A stretch of 64,000 bases of DNA from a virus. Under the pieces are notes generated by a model that saw only the letters and a program-made list of their open reading frames with translations, had not been told where the DNA came from and ran no database searches. This document shows, in pieces, positions 32,267-41,635 of the stretch. Both the position numbers and the translations under genes were made by a program. The stretch is taken from positions 14,368 to 78,367 of the IMG/VR virus record IMGVR_UViG_3300028654_000015; one strand, written 5' to 3'. How positions within the stretch are numbered: the stretch's first letter is position 1; every line of letters starts with the position of its first letter.

Positions 32267-32605
32267 ATGTCTAGCATATCAAATGAACAAGTTACCAATC
32301 AAAATGGATATAATTTTTGTGTAACTTTCGATTACACTAGTGACTCATCCACGGTTTATAGTGGAATCCAAGCAGAATATTTAAATTATTTTGATCAATT
32401 AGGTTGGATTAGTATTGATCTACTAATAAATCCTATAAATGATTCCCTCTTATCATTTAGAATTACCAAAAATTTTAAATGTGGACAATGTAATGGAGGC
32501 ATGCCTACTAATGCTTTTTTAATAGCATCTATACAAATAGATTTAGATACTATTATTAGTAATTATGAAGCAGAAATCGCACAACAAAATAATGAAGGGC
32601 AATAA
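32267..32605 (+). CDS. Hypothetical protein
   Basis: ORF coupled to the next gene by a TAATG overlap. Confidence 0.55.
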   Translation: MSSISNEQVTNQNGYNFCVTFDYTSDSSTVYSGIQAEYLNYFDQLGWISIDLLINPINDSLLSFRITKNFKCGQCNGGMPTNAFLIASIQIDLDTIISNYEAEIAQQNNEGQ

Positions 32606-35055
32606 TGACTACCTCATGGATTTCTAAAGCAACAGGAAATTGGTCTTCTTCATCTACTTGGGGGAAAGTAGATTCTACTTCTATAAATGATACAGAAGCA
32701 GCAACATCAAATACTACTACTGCTTTTGTATATTCTGCAACATTTACTCCTGGAGCAATTACGATAGACGGAATCGCATTAAAATTTTCGAAGGGGCAAG
32801 GCACCCCAACTGGCACAGTCACTTTAGAATTGTATAATAATACAGATAGTGTAGTAGTACAAGATGTAACTGTAAACGTATCAGACTTTCCTAATGTTGG
32901 TAATCCTATAGGTTGGCACTTTTTCAAATTTTCTTCGAGCGCCACTTTAATTGCAGGGAAAGCATATAAAGTTGGTATCAAAACTTCTACTAATAATCAA
33001 TTAGCAGTATTTAGAACTGCAACTGCTGGTGATTGGGCCAGAATGCTACGCACAACAACTACAGGCAATCCGGCAGCAGGAGATAATATTCATATTATAG
33101 GCGAACATACTGGTGCAGGGACACAAAATACATTCACTGTTACTATGGATAGCACTGCTACTACCATATATGGCAACACTACCTCACCATCTGCACTTAC
33201 TATAGGACAAAATGCAACTCTTAGTTATGGCACTTCTGCATCTACAAATTATTATTTAAAATATTCTGGCACATTTAATGTTTATGCTGGTGGAACTTTT
33301 AATATAGGAACATCTGGTACGCCCATACCAAGTACTTCTTCAGCGGTACTTGAAATGGCATCTGCGACAAATGTTGACACAGGATTACAAATTTTACATG
33401 CTAGTACTTTTAATAGTTATGGGGCAACAAAAACAACATTATCTACTTTTTTAACTGCTGATGCTGCGGCAAGTGCAACATCTTTGACAGTTGGTTCTAC
33501 ATCTGGATGGGCATCTAATGATCAAATAGTTATAGCATCAACATCAAATTTAGGTTCAGATAGTGAACTAAGAACAGTTTCTACAGTTCCAACAGGTACT
33601 ACATTAACTGTGCCTGCTCTAACTTATGCACATTCTGGAACTTCTCCTACACAAGCAGAAGTTGGTAATTTAACAAGAAATGTAAAAATTCGAGGTATTT
33701 CTACTTCATTACAAGGCTATTTGTATTTTGAAATAAATGCAACTGCTACATTACAATATACAGAAATATATCAGATGGGTTCTTCTACTGCTGGTTCTAG
33801 AGGTATTAATATCAATACCACTACTGGTTCTTTTTCTATGCAGTATTGTAGTATGTATAATTTTGAAGTTGCATCTTCATATGGATGGTACATTTCTGGT
33901 ACAACTACAAATAATATAACAATTTCAAACAATATTTCTTATAATATATACACTTCACATTTATATTTTGCTACAACTTCTGGTACTAATATTACCGTAA
34001 ATAATAATTTAATGATTTATAGTCCTAGTGCAACATATCTAGTTCAATTATTGACTCTAAATTTTACGATGAATAATAATACAATTGTTGGTGCAACTGG
34101 AACGGCCGCAGTATTTTTTAACCAAAATAACGCATCGTTAGGTTCCTTCTCTGGTAATACTATACATTCAAATAATAGTATTGGATTAAGTATATCACCT
34201 TATAATGTAAGTGGAACTATACAAAATTTAACTGTTTGGAGAAGCAGTTCATATGGTTTACAAATTTCTGGAGTATCTGACTTAGTATTCGATACTCTTG
34301 TTGCATTTGGCAATGGAACAGCAAACATTTATACCTCTTCTGTTAGTGCAAATGCAGGAACAATACAAATCAATAATTCTACTATTGATGCTGGTACTGA
34401 TGCATGTCCAATAGGAATTCTATTTGATGCTCCTACAGGTATGATGTCAATGATTAATACAACATTTGGAAAAACTACTACACATTCTACTGGTGATTTC
34501 AAAATTCTAAATGCAGCATCATCATTATTTTTAACTATGAATAATTGTTTATTAAATTCCGCGAATCAACTAGTGAACCAAACAAATTTAAGTGGATCTT
34601 CTTATATAAGATCATCTAAAAATAATCAAACTGTAGGTAGTCATAAACAATATAAAATGGCAGGTACAATTTCTATTGATACTGTTATCTATGATGTTTT
34701 GCCATCAGAAAGATTAACTCCAAATAATGCATCAACAAAACTACAAAGTTCTGTAGTAAAAATACCAGTGGCAAATGGTGGAACACTATCTGTAAATGTA
34801 AAAGTAAGACAGTCAGTTGTTGGTGATGGTACTGCTTACAACGGAAATTTTGCTAGGTTGGTTGTTAAACAAAATGTTGCAGCAGGAATTGCAAATGATA
34901 CAGTATTAGCAACAGCAACCTCTGGCGCAAACGGTTCATTTCAAACTCTTTCTGGTACTACAATTTCTGTAACAGATGATGCAGTTCTTTCTTTTTATGT
35001 CGATTGTGATGGTACTACTGGTTGGGTAAATCTTGATACTTGGAGCACTAGTTAA
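32605..35055 (+). CDS. Virion protein with G8-like and beta-helix (pectin-lyase-like) regions
   Basis: T/S/G/N-rich; GWASNDQIVIAST...EVGNLTRNVKIRG followed by ITISNN/FSGNTIHSN beta-helix-like repeats. Confidence 0.55.
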   Translation: MTTSWISKATGNWSSSSTWGKVDSTSINDTEAATSNTTTAFVYSATFTPGAITIDGIALKFSKGQGTPTGTVTLELYNNTDSVVVQDVTVNVSDFPNVGNPIGWHFFKFSSSATLIAGKAYKVGIKTSTNNQLAVFRTATAGDWARMLRTTTTGNPAAGDNIHIIGEHTGAGTQNTFTVTMDSTATTIYGNTTSPSALTIGQNATLSYGTSASTNYYLKYSGTFNVYAGGTFNIGTSGTPIPSTSSAVLEMASATNVDTGLQILHASTFNSYGATKTTLSTFLTADAAASATSLTVGSTSGWASNDQIVIASTSNLGSDSELRTVSTVPTGTTLTVPALTYAHSGTSPTQAEVGNLTRNVKIRGISTSLQGYLYFEINATATLQYTEIYQMGSSTAGSRGININTTTGSFSMQYCSMYNFEVASSYGWYISGTTTNNITISNNISYNIYTSHLYFATTSGTNITVNNNLMIYSPSATYLVQLLTLNFTMNNNTIVGATGTAAVFFNQNNASLGSFSGNTIHSNNSIGLSISPYNVSGTIQNLTVWRSSSYGLQISGVSDLVFDTLVAFGNGTANIYTSSVSANAGTIQINNSTIDAGTDACPIGILFDAPTGMMSMINTTFGKTTTHSTGDFKILNAASSLFLTMNNCLLNSANQLVNQTNLSGSSYIRSSKNNQTVGSHKQYKMAGTISIDTVIYDVLPSERLTPNNASTKLQSSVVKIPVANGGTLSVNVKVRQSVVGDGTAYNGNFARLVVKQNVAAGIANDTVLATATSGANGSFQTLSGTTISVTDDAVLSFYVDCDGTTGWVNLDTWSTS

Positions 35056-35058
35056 TCC

Positions 35059-36585
35059 GTGGCATTTCAAAAAAGTGGTACATTGAAATATTGGTCTGAT
35101 GGACAACCCTTCGTTGGTGTCAGAAGCAAAACTATTACATGTCAAGGTGTAAAATATTGGTCAAATGGTCAACCAGGAGAGCCAGTATTTGACGTAGACC
35201 AATTCATAACTTGCACTGGTATTGCATCTGCTCAAGCATTTGGTACCGCATTAATTAATAGATATGTAAATGTTTCTGGTCATAGTATTTCCTCATCTCA
35301 AGCATTTGGTAGTGATACTATTGTTTTATATCTAAATGTTTCTGGTCATAGCATTACAAGTTCAGAAGCATTCGGGACTGCTTTAATTAATAGAAATATA
35401 TTATGTACTGGTATTGCTTCATCCCAAACATTCGGGACTGCTTTAATTAATAGAAATATATTATGTACTGGTATTGCTTCATCCCAAGCATTCGGTAGTG
35501 ATATTATAGTACTATATGAAAAGCCTATAGGTATTATTTCTCAAGAAGCATTCGGTACTGCTTTAATTAATAGAAATATATTATGTACTGGTATTGCTTC
35601 ATCCCAAGCATTCGGTACTGCTTTAGTTACTGAATATATAAATGTTTCTGGTCATAGCATTGCAAGTTCAGAAGTATTCGGTACTGCGTTAATTAATAGA
35701 AATATTATATGTACGGGTATTGCATCTGCTCAAGCATTCGGTACTGCTTTAGTTACTGAGTATATAGTACCATCTGGTATTGCATCTGCTCAAGCACTTG
35801 GTACCGATTTAATTATTCTATATGAAAAACCAACATCTATAGCAAGTGCGGAAGCATTTGGTACTGCTTTAATTGTAGAATATTTAAATGTATCTGGACA
35901 CAGTATAGCCTCTGGTCAAGCACTTGGTATACCTTCAGTTTCAGAATCAGTAACAGTTTTTGCAATACCATCTCAAGAAGCATTTGGTACTGCTTTAATT
36001 AATAGAAATATTTTTTGTACTTCAATAAATTCATCTGAACAGTTTGGTAGTACAACTATAGTTTTATATTTAAAACCAACTACGATAAGTACACAAGAAA
36101 TAGTATATTCACCAGATGTCTATCAAATTATACAAACTGCTGGTATTATATCACAAGAACATATTGGTGATGATTTAATCATTCTATATGAAATACCCAA
36201 TACAATACCTTCGCAAGAAGCATTTGGTACCTCTATAATAGTATTATACTTAGTACCAACAACTATATCATCAGAAGAAATTGTATCACCCGCTATTATA
36301 TTTGCAGAAGATATTACTGATACATCTATACCCTCTGCTGAAGCATTCGGACTTTCACAACTAAATCTTACTCTATTTGCTACTGATATTATATCATTAG
36401 AAGCATTTGAAATTCCAATCATAACAAGAATATTGGGTATGACTGGAGTTAGTATTCCAAGTGAAGAAGCATTCGGTCCCAAAATTTGGGTGGTCAATTG
36501 TGGCAAACCTGGTGATAAGAGATCACAAATCTACTCAAATCGTGGAAGAAACACATTTCCAAAATCTTATAGATATACTACATAA
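35059..36585 (+). CDS. Tandem-repeat fibre-like protein (~20-aa xIxSxxAFGxxxI units)
   Basis: About 20 repeats such as INRNILCTGIASSQAFGTAL. Confidence 0.7.
   Translation: MAFQKSGTLKYWSDGQPFVGVRSKTITCQGVKYWSNGQPGEPVFDVDQFITCTGIASAQAFGTALINRYVNVSGHSISSSQAFGSDTIVLYLNVSGHSITSSEAFGTALINRNILCTGIASSQTFGTALINRNILCTGIASSQAFGSDIIVLYEKPIGIISQEAFGTALINRNILCTGIASSQAFGTALVTEYINVSGHSIASSEVFGTALINRNIICTGIASAQAFGTALVTEYIVPSGIASAQALGTDLIILYEKPTSIASAEAFGTALIVEYLNVSGHSIASGQALGIPSVSESVTVFAIPSQEAFGTALINRNIFCTSINSSEQFGSTTIVLYLKPTTISTQEIVYSPDVYQIIQTAGIISQEHIGDDLIILYEIPNTIPSQEAFGTSIIVLYLVPTTISSEEIVSPAIIFAEDITDTSIPSAEAFGLSQLNLTLFATDIISLEAFEIPIITRILGMTGVSIPSEEAFGPKIWVVNCGKPGDKRSQIYSNRGRNTFPKSYRYTT
35200..36020 (+). 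repeat. Coding tandem repeats, 60-66-bp period
   Basis: 35371-35430 and 35431-35490 differ at only one base; further degenerate copies flank them. Confidence 0.85.
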
Positions 36586-36593
36586 TATAAATA
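36586..36593 (+). promoter_or_regulatory. T4-type late promoter (TATAAATA)
   Basis: Exact consensus upstream of 36628. Confidence 0.75.
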
Positions 36594-36627
36594 CTAAAGA
36601 GATATATTCTTATAAAGGAACATCACA

Positions 36628-37035
36628 ATGGCCAATGCACTTTATGATCTTGGACGACAAGCATTCCTCGAAGGCTCAATTGCTTGGTTGACTGATTCTA
36701 TCAAAGCAGTTCTCGTAGATACTACACTCTATACTGTAAACCTTGCTACCCATCAATTTTTGAGTAGCATTGCTTCAGGTGCTCGTGTTTCTACTTCTGG
36801 TAACTTTACAACCAAAACATCGTCTGCTGGTGTTGCTGATGCTGATGACGTTACTTTTTCTCTTGTAACTGGTGCACAGGTAGAAGCAATAGTAATCTAT
36901 AAAGATACTGGTTCTCCTGCTACTTCACCACTTATTGCATACATTGATACTGCTACAGGACTTCCTGTAACACCCAATGGTGGTAATATTACAGTTCAAT
37001 GGGATAATGGTTCAAACAGAATCTTTAAACTCTAA
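36628..37035 (+). CDS. Small virion structural protein
   Basis: MANALYD.GRQAFL.G...DADDVTF...SPLIAYID...LPVTPNGGNITVQW; late promoter and AAGGA upstream. Confidence 0.65.
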   Translation: MANALYDLGRQAFLEGSIAWLTDSIKAVLVDTTLYTVNLATHQFLSSIASGARVSTSGNFTTKTSSAGVADADDVTFSLVTGAQVEAIVIYKDTGSPATSPLIAYIDTATGLPVTPNGGNITVQWDNGSNRIFKL

Positions 37036-37061
37036 TTGATACTCAAAATATACGGAATTAA

Positions 37062-37412
37062 ATGTCCATAGATGTCCGTAAATTTCTTATTAAAATGCCA
37101 TATGACGAATTCGATTTAGATTTCGATTTCGGTGGCCCTTTAACTGAACTTCCACCAGGCACTACTCACATAGTATCTAATACTCTATCTGCAATTAAGT
37201 GGCCTAGAACACAGCCAACTAATGCATCAGATGCAACCAGTGAGATTCTGTTTTCCAATATAGGTGTTATTCTCTCACCAGAGAACACTTCATTAAGAAT
37301 TCGTATCCAAGGTGGCACAGATGGATATGACTATAAGATAACAATAAGAGTAGTATTCGATGACGCATCAAGATTGGAAAATGAGTTCTATATAAGAGTG
37401 CGTCAGGAATAA
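37062..37412 (+). CDS. Putative fibre-adaptor-like small beta protein
   Basis: K.P.D..D.DFDF...IQGGTDG.DYKIT......R.E..F.IRV pattern recalled from phage fibre adaptors. Confidence 0.5.
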   Translation: MSIDVRKFLIKMPYDEFDLDFDFGGPLTELPPGTTHIVSNTLSAIKWPRTQPTNASDATSEILFSNIGVILSPENTSLRIRIQGGTDGYDYKITIRVVFDDASRLENEFYIRVRQE

Positions 37413-37429
37413 GAGAAAAACACAAATAA

Positions 37430-37437
37430 TATAAATA
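37430..37437 (+). promoter_or_regulatory. T4-type late promoter (TATAAATA)
   Basis: Exact consensus; AGGAG RBS precedes g22. Confidence 0.8.
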
Positions 37438-37471
37438 TTCGTAGTCAAATATTTGATCAGGAGATTATCCA

Positions 37472-38821
37472 ATGTCAAGCAAGAGAAAGACACTTAAAGA
37501 ACTGCGTGAAGGTCATGAAGAGAATCTTCCTACTCATGCTTCAGATGCAGGAAAAGAGGTTCCAGATTCCCTAAAAGGAAAACTTGGAAAGCGTCCCGCA
37601 AAAGCAGAACTTGATGGTATCGCTGTAGCAAATGCATCAGCAAAACACGGCAATGCACAAGGTGCACAATTGCCTTCAGAAGAAGATCTAGAAAAAGAAA
37701 GAGAAGCAATCCCACATGCTGAATTAGTAAAGACTGATGCTAAAAGAGGCAAATCTCCTATTCATGAAGCAGAATATCTTGATCGTGATAAAGATCTTTT
37801 GTTCAAGGAAAATGAAGATAATCCAGATATGGCTGACACAGGAAAACTTCATAGTGAAGCACCACATCATGATGCAAATTTACCAACTCATGCTAGTGCT
37901 GCGAGTTCAGAAGTTCCAGATTCTATGAAAGGAAAACTTGGTGATCGTAAACCTGCTCTTGAGCATGATATGAGCGATATGGATGATAAAAAAGATGAGA
38001 TGAACGAAGGAATGGATTCCGAAAAAGAAGAAATGGAAGACGAAAAAGATAGTGAAAAGAAAGAGAAAGAAGTAGATAAAAAAGAGATGAATGAACATCT
38101 TGCTGCTCTTACTCGTGGAGAAATTCTTCCTGAAGAATTCAAAACAAAAGCACAAACTCTTTTCGAGGCAGCAGTTCATGCTTCAGTAAAACGAAGAAGT
38201 GATGTTCAAAAGAAAAAGTTAAATGATAAGTACAAGAAAGCAGTTGCTTCTAAAAATAAAGAAATAACTGAAGCACTTGTAGAAAAAGTTGATGCATACC
38301 TCGACTACATTGTAGAAGAGTGGATGGAAGAAAATAAAGTTGCAGTTGAGTCTGGTTTAAAAACAGAAATTGTTGAGAAATTCATTGGTGGTCTAAAAGG
38401 ACTATTTGAATCTCATTATATTGAAATTCCAGAAACAAAAGAAGATCTTCTTGAAGTAGAACTAAAAAAGAGTGCAGAACTAGAAAAATCACTCAATGAA
38501 GAAATTGAAAGAGGAATTGCTTCAAAGAAGAAAATCGATTCTTTTGAAAAGAATGCAGTTGTGCGTTCTATTTCTGAAGATTTGAGTGATGTCCAAGTAT
38601 CAAAGTTACAAAAACTTTGTGAAGGAATCTCTTTTGAAAGTGCTGAACATTTTGCTCAGAAGGCAAAAACCATTAAAAATCATTATTTCCCTAAACCAAC
38701 AACCAAGAATGCAGAGGCAACTAATTCTGGATTGGTAGAAGGATCTGATGTTGGAAATGAAGCAAGTGCGCCAGAGATGGTTGCGTTGGCTGAAGCAATG
38801 TCAAAAATCGTGAAAAGATAA
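37472..38821 (+). CDS. gp22: Prohead scaffold gp22 with long N-terminal extension
   Basis: EEFKTKAQTLFEAAV, KVDAYLDYIVEEWMEENKVAVE.GLK, LFESHYI. Confidence 0.9.
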   Translation: MSSKRKTLKELREGHEENLPTHASDAGKEVPDSLKGKLGKRPAKAELDGIAVANASAKHGNAQGAQLPSEEDLEKEREAIPHAELVKTDAKRGKSPIHEAEYLDRDKDLLFKENEDNPDMADTGKLHSEAPHHDANLPTHASAASSEVPDSMKGKLGDRKPALEHDMSDMDDKKDEMNEGMDSEKEEMEDEKDSEKKEKEVDKKEMNEHLAALTRGEILPEEFKTKAQTLFEAAVHASVKRRSDVQKKKLNDKYKKAVASKNKEITEALVEKVDAYLDYIVEEWMEENKVAVESGLKTEIVEKFIGGLKGLFESHYIEIPETKEDLLEVELKKSAELEKSLNEEIERGIASKKKIDSFEKNAVVRSISEDLSDVQVSKLQKLCEGISFESAEHFAQKAKTIKNHYFPKPTTKNAEATNSGLVEGSDVGNEASAPEMVALAEAMSKIVKR

Positions 38822-38826
38822 GTAAA

Positions 38827-38834
38827 TATAAATA
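38827..38834 (+). promoter_or_regulatory. T4-type late promoter (TATAAATA)
   Basis: Exact consensus; AAGGAG RBS precedes g23. Confidence 0.85.
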
Positions 38835-38867
38835 ATTTAGTTAGTTTAATTACTAAGGAGTCAAACA

Positions 38868-40175
38868 ATGTATCTTTCTGAAGACCTTCAAAAGAAATGG
38901 GAATCGGTGCTAGAGCATCAGGATCTTCCCAAATTAAATTCACATAAGAAAGCAGTTCTTTCGGTTCTTCTTGAGAACCAAGAAAGAGAAACTCGCAACG
39001 ATGGAACAACCCGTTCTGGACTTCTCCAAGAAAGTTCGCCAGCAAATGCTAGTGCAGGGTTTCCAAATAACAACGCAAATCTAAAAGGTTATGATCCAGT
39101 TTTGATCTCTTTGATCAGACGTGCTCTTCCTAACCTAATCGCATTTGACGTGTGTGGCGTTCAGCCAATGAAGGCTCCCACGGGATTGATTTTTGCAATG
39201 AAGTCACGTTATACCTCACAAGGTGGAAACGAAGCATTATTCTTCGAAGCAGACAGTTCTTTCTCTGGTAATCTTCAAGATGCTAACTCATCTCCTCTTG
39301 ATCCATTTGGTCCTCCTACACCAGGTCGTCCTCTCACCACATCTGATGGTGAAGCATTGGGTGACGGTACTGCAACCTCTACCAAGCCTGCTCAATTCCC
39401 AGAAATGGCGTTCAGCATTGACAAGGTAACAGTTGAAGCAAAGACTCGTGCTCTTAAAGCAGAGTACACAATGGAAATCGCGCAAGATCTTAAAGCAGTA
39501 CACGGACTTGATGCTGAAGCAGAACTTGCGAATATTCTTTCAGCAGAAATTCTTGCTGAAATCAACCGAGAAATTATCCGTACTATTTACAACAACGCAG
39601 TACTTGGTGCACAGAATGATGTTGCAACCCCTGGTACTTTTGACCTTGATGTAGATTCAAACGGACGTTGGTCAGTTGAAAAGTACAAAGGTTTGATGGT
39701 TCAGATCGAAAGAGATGCTAACGCAATTGCGAAAGCAACTCGTAGAGGTCGTGGTAACTTCCTGATTTGCGATTCTGATACTGCTTCTGCTCTTTCAGTT
39801 GCAGGTCTTCTCGACATCGGAAGTGCTCTCAAAGATAATCTAAATGTTGATGATACTGGTAACACTTTTGTCGGTGTTCTTAACGGACGTTTCAAAGTGT
39901 TTATCGATCCATATGCAGTACTTGGTAGCAACTTCTATGTTTGCGGATTCAAGGGTGCAAATCAATACGATGCTGGTCTCTTTTACTGCCCTTACGTACC
40001 TCTTCAGATGGTTCGTGCTGTTGGTGAAGAAACTTTCCAACCTAAAATTGGATTCAAGACTCGTTATGGTATCGTAACTAACCCATTTGGTAATGCAAAT
40101 GGTAACTCAGACGGTTCTCTTGCACAAAGAGCAAACGTCTATTATCGTGCCGTGAAAGTACTTCATTTACTTTAG
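38868..40175 (+). CDS. gp23: Major capsid protein gp23
   Basis: LIRRALPNLIAFDVCGVQPM..PTGLIFA, AQDLKAVHGLDAEAEL, YCPYVPL, FQPKIGFKTRYG; likely gp21 cleavage site at LQE/S. Confidence 0.97.
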   Translation: MYLSEDLQKKWESVLEHQDLPKLNSHKKAVLSVLLENQERETRNDGTTRSGLLQESSPANASAGFPNNNANLKGYDPVLISLIRRALPNLIAFDVCGVQPMKAPTGLIFAMKSRYTSQGGNEALFFEADSSFSGNLQDANSSPLDPFGPPTPGRPLTTSDGEALGDGTATSTKPAQFPEMAFSIDKVTVEAKTRALKAEYTMEIAQDLKAVHGLDAEAELANILSAEILAEINREIIRTIYNNAVLGAQNDVATPGTFDLDVDSNGRWSVEKYKGLMVQIERDANAIAKATRRGRGNFLICDSDTASALSVAGLLDIGSALKDNLNVDDTGNTFVGVLNGRFKVFIDPYAVLGSNFYVCGFKGANQYDAGLFYCPYVPLQMVRAVGEETFQPKIGFKTRYGIVTNPFGNANGNSDGSLAQRANVYYRAVKVLHLL

Positions 40176-40206
40176 AAGTAATTTCAATAACTTAGAAATA
40201 AGTTTT

Positions 40207-40237
40207 AAAAATGGGTCCTTCGGGACCCATTTTTATT
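40207..40237 (+). terminator. Rho-independent terminator with UUCG tetraloop after g23
   Basis: AAAAATGGGTCC-TTCG-GGACCCATTTTT. Confidence 0.9.
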
Positions 40238-40244
40238 GGTTCTA

Positions 40245-40273
40245 TTGACGGAAAGAAAAACTTGTGTTATTCT
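40245..40273 (+). promoter_or_regulatory. Sigma70-like promoter TTGACG-N17-TATTCT
   Basis: Near-consensus hexamers with an extended -10 TG; ends 6 nt before ATG 40280. Confidence 0.65.
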
Positions 40274-40279
40274 AATAAC

Positions 40280-41635
40280 ATGAGAAAACCCAAACAATAT
40301 TATAATTCTATCACTAAAAAGATGATAGAAAATGATGTGGAAAATAATCTATCTCAATATGAGATTGCCAATAAGTATGGCATTACTAGACAATTTGTTA
40401 GAGATTTGTTTCATAAATTTGGAATTACAATATCAAATAGAAGAACACAACCACCAATAGATAAAGATATTCTAATAAAAGAAAATCATAAAAATCTATT
40501 AACCTTAAAACAAATTTCAGCAAAATATAATAGAACATATAAATCTATAAAGGATATGTTTAAGAAATATAACATATCACCCAAGAATAATGTAATTCAT
40601 AAAAATATTATAAAAAGAGAAGAAATATTAAATTCGATAGAACTAAATCAATTATATGGAAAATTAACAAAAATAGAAGTACAAAAACAATTAAATATTG
40701 GACAAAAATATTTGGATGAAGCACTAAAAGAAAAAAATATAGAGAGGAAATTCTTTAATAGATCTTCACAAGAAAAAGAACTTGAGGCACATTTGAAAGC
40801 AGTAATGCCAAATGAAACTATATTATCAAATGTTAAAAACATAATTTCAAAAGAAATAGATATATTTGTTCCTAATAAAAATGTTGGTATAGAATTGCAT
40901 GGGTTATATTGGCATAATCCTATAGTAAAAAATATTGGTAAGAAATATCATTACGATAAAGCCACAGAAGCACACCATAAAGATATACTATTGCTTCAGT
41001 TCTTTGAAGACGAATGGATATTAAAGAAAGAAATATGCAAATCTATTATATTAACAAATCTTGGAATATACCAAAAATTGTATGCGAGAAAATGTAGTAT
41101 TAAAATAATCACAAACCAAGAAACGAAAGAATTTTGTGAACATAACCATCTTCAAGGTCACACAAATGCTAGTGTTTGTCTTGGATTATATTATAATACA
41201 ACCTTAGTTTCTATAATGTCTTTTGGACGACCAAGATTTCATAAATCGGCACCAAAAGATCAATGGGAATTATTGCGATTTTGTTCTATATTGAACACCA
41301 AAGTTATTGGTGGTGCATCTAAATTATTTTCTTATTTTATTAATAATTTTAAACCGAAGCATATATATTCATATTCAGATAGAAGAATATCAAAAGGAGA
41401 TTTATATACGAAACTAAATTTCAAATTAGAAAAGATAACAGAACCGAATTATAGTTATATTGTAGGCAAACAAAGATCAAATAGAATGAATTGGCAAAAA
41501 AACAAATTGAAAACTAAATTAAAAATATTCGATCCAAACTTAACAGAAATCGAAAATATGGTTCTTAACAAGTACTTTCCAATATACGATGCAGGAAATA
41601 TATTATGGTCATGGTCAAATGAAAATAAATCTTAA
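40280..41635 (+). CDS. Hef-like free-standing homing endonuclease
   Basis: N-terminal HTH-like repeats, EIDIF...GIELHGLYWH...FEDEW nuclease motif, C-terminal YARKC/ELLRFCS/GGASKL/YSDRR domain; start moved downstream of the terminator. Confidence 0.7.
   Translation: MRKPKQYYNSITKKMIENDVENNLSQYEIANKYGITRQFVRDLFHKFGITISNRRTQPPIDKDILIKENHKNLLTLKQISAKYNRTYKSIKDMFKKYNISPKNNVIHKNIIKREEILNSIELNQLYGKLTKIEVQKQLNIGQKYLDEALKEKNIERKFFNRSSQEKELEAHLKAVMPNETILSNVKNIISKEIDIFVPNKNVGIELHGLYWHNPIVKNIGKKYHYDKATEAHHKDILLLQFFEDEWILKKEICKSIILTNLGIYQKLYARKCSIKIITNQETKEFCEHNHLQGHTNASVCLGLYYNTTLVSIMSFGRPRFHKSAPKDQWELLRFCSILNTKVIGGASKLFSYFINNFKPKHIYSYSDRRISKGDLYTKLNFKLEKITEPNYSYIVGKQRSNRMNWQKNKLKTKLKIFDPNLTEIENMVLNKYFPIYDAGNILWSWSNENKS

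Noticed and set aside
35200-36020. 60-bp repeats as a CRISPR array
   Set aside because: The repeats are contiguous, in frame and protein-coding, with no unique spacers or cas genes
40211-40279. ORF-track start at 40211 for the endonuclease
   Set aside because: That ATG lies inside the g23 terminator stem, upstream of the promoter; 40280 fits better
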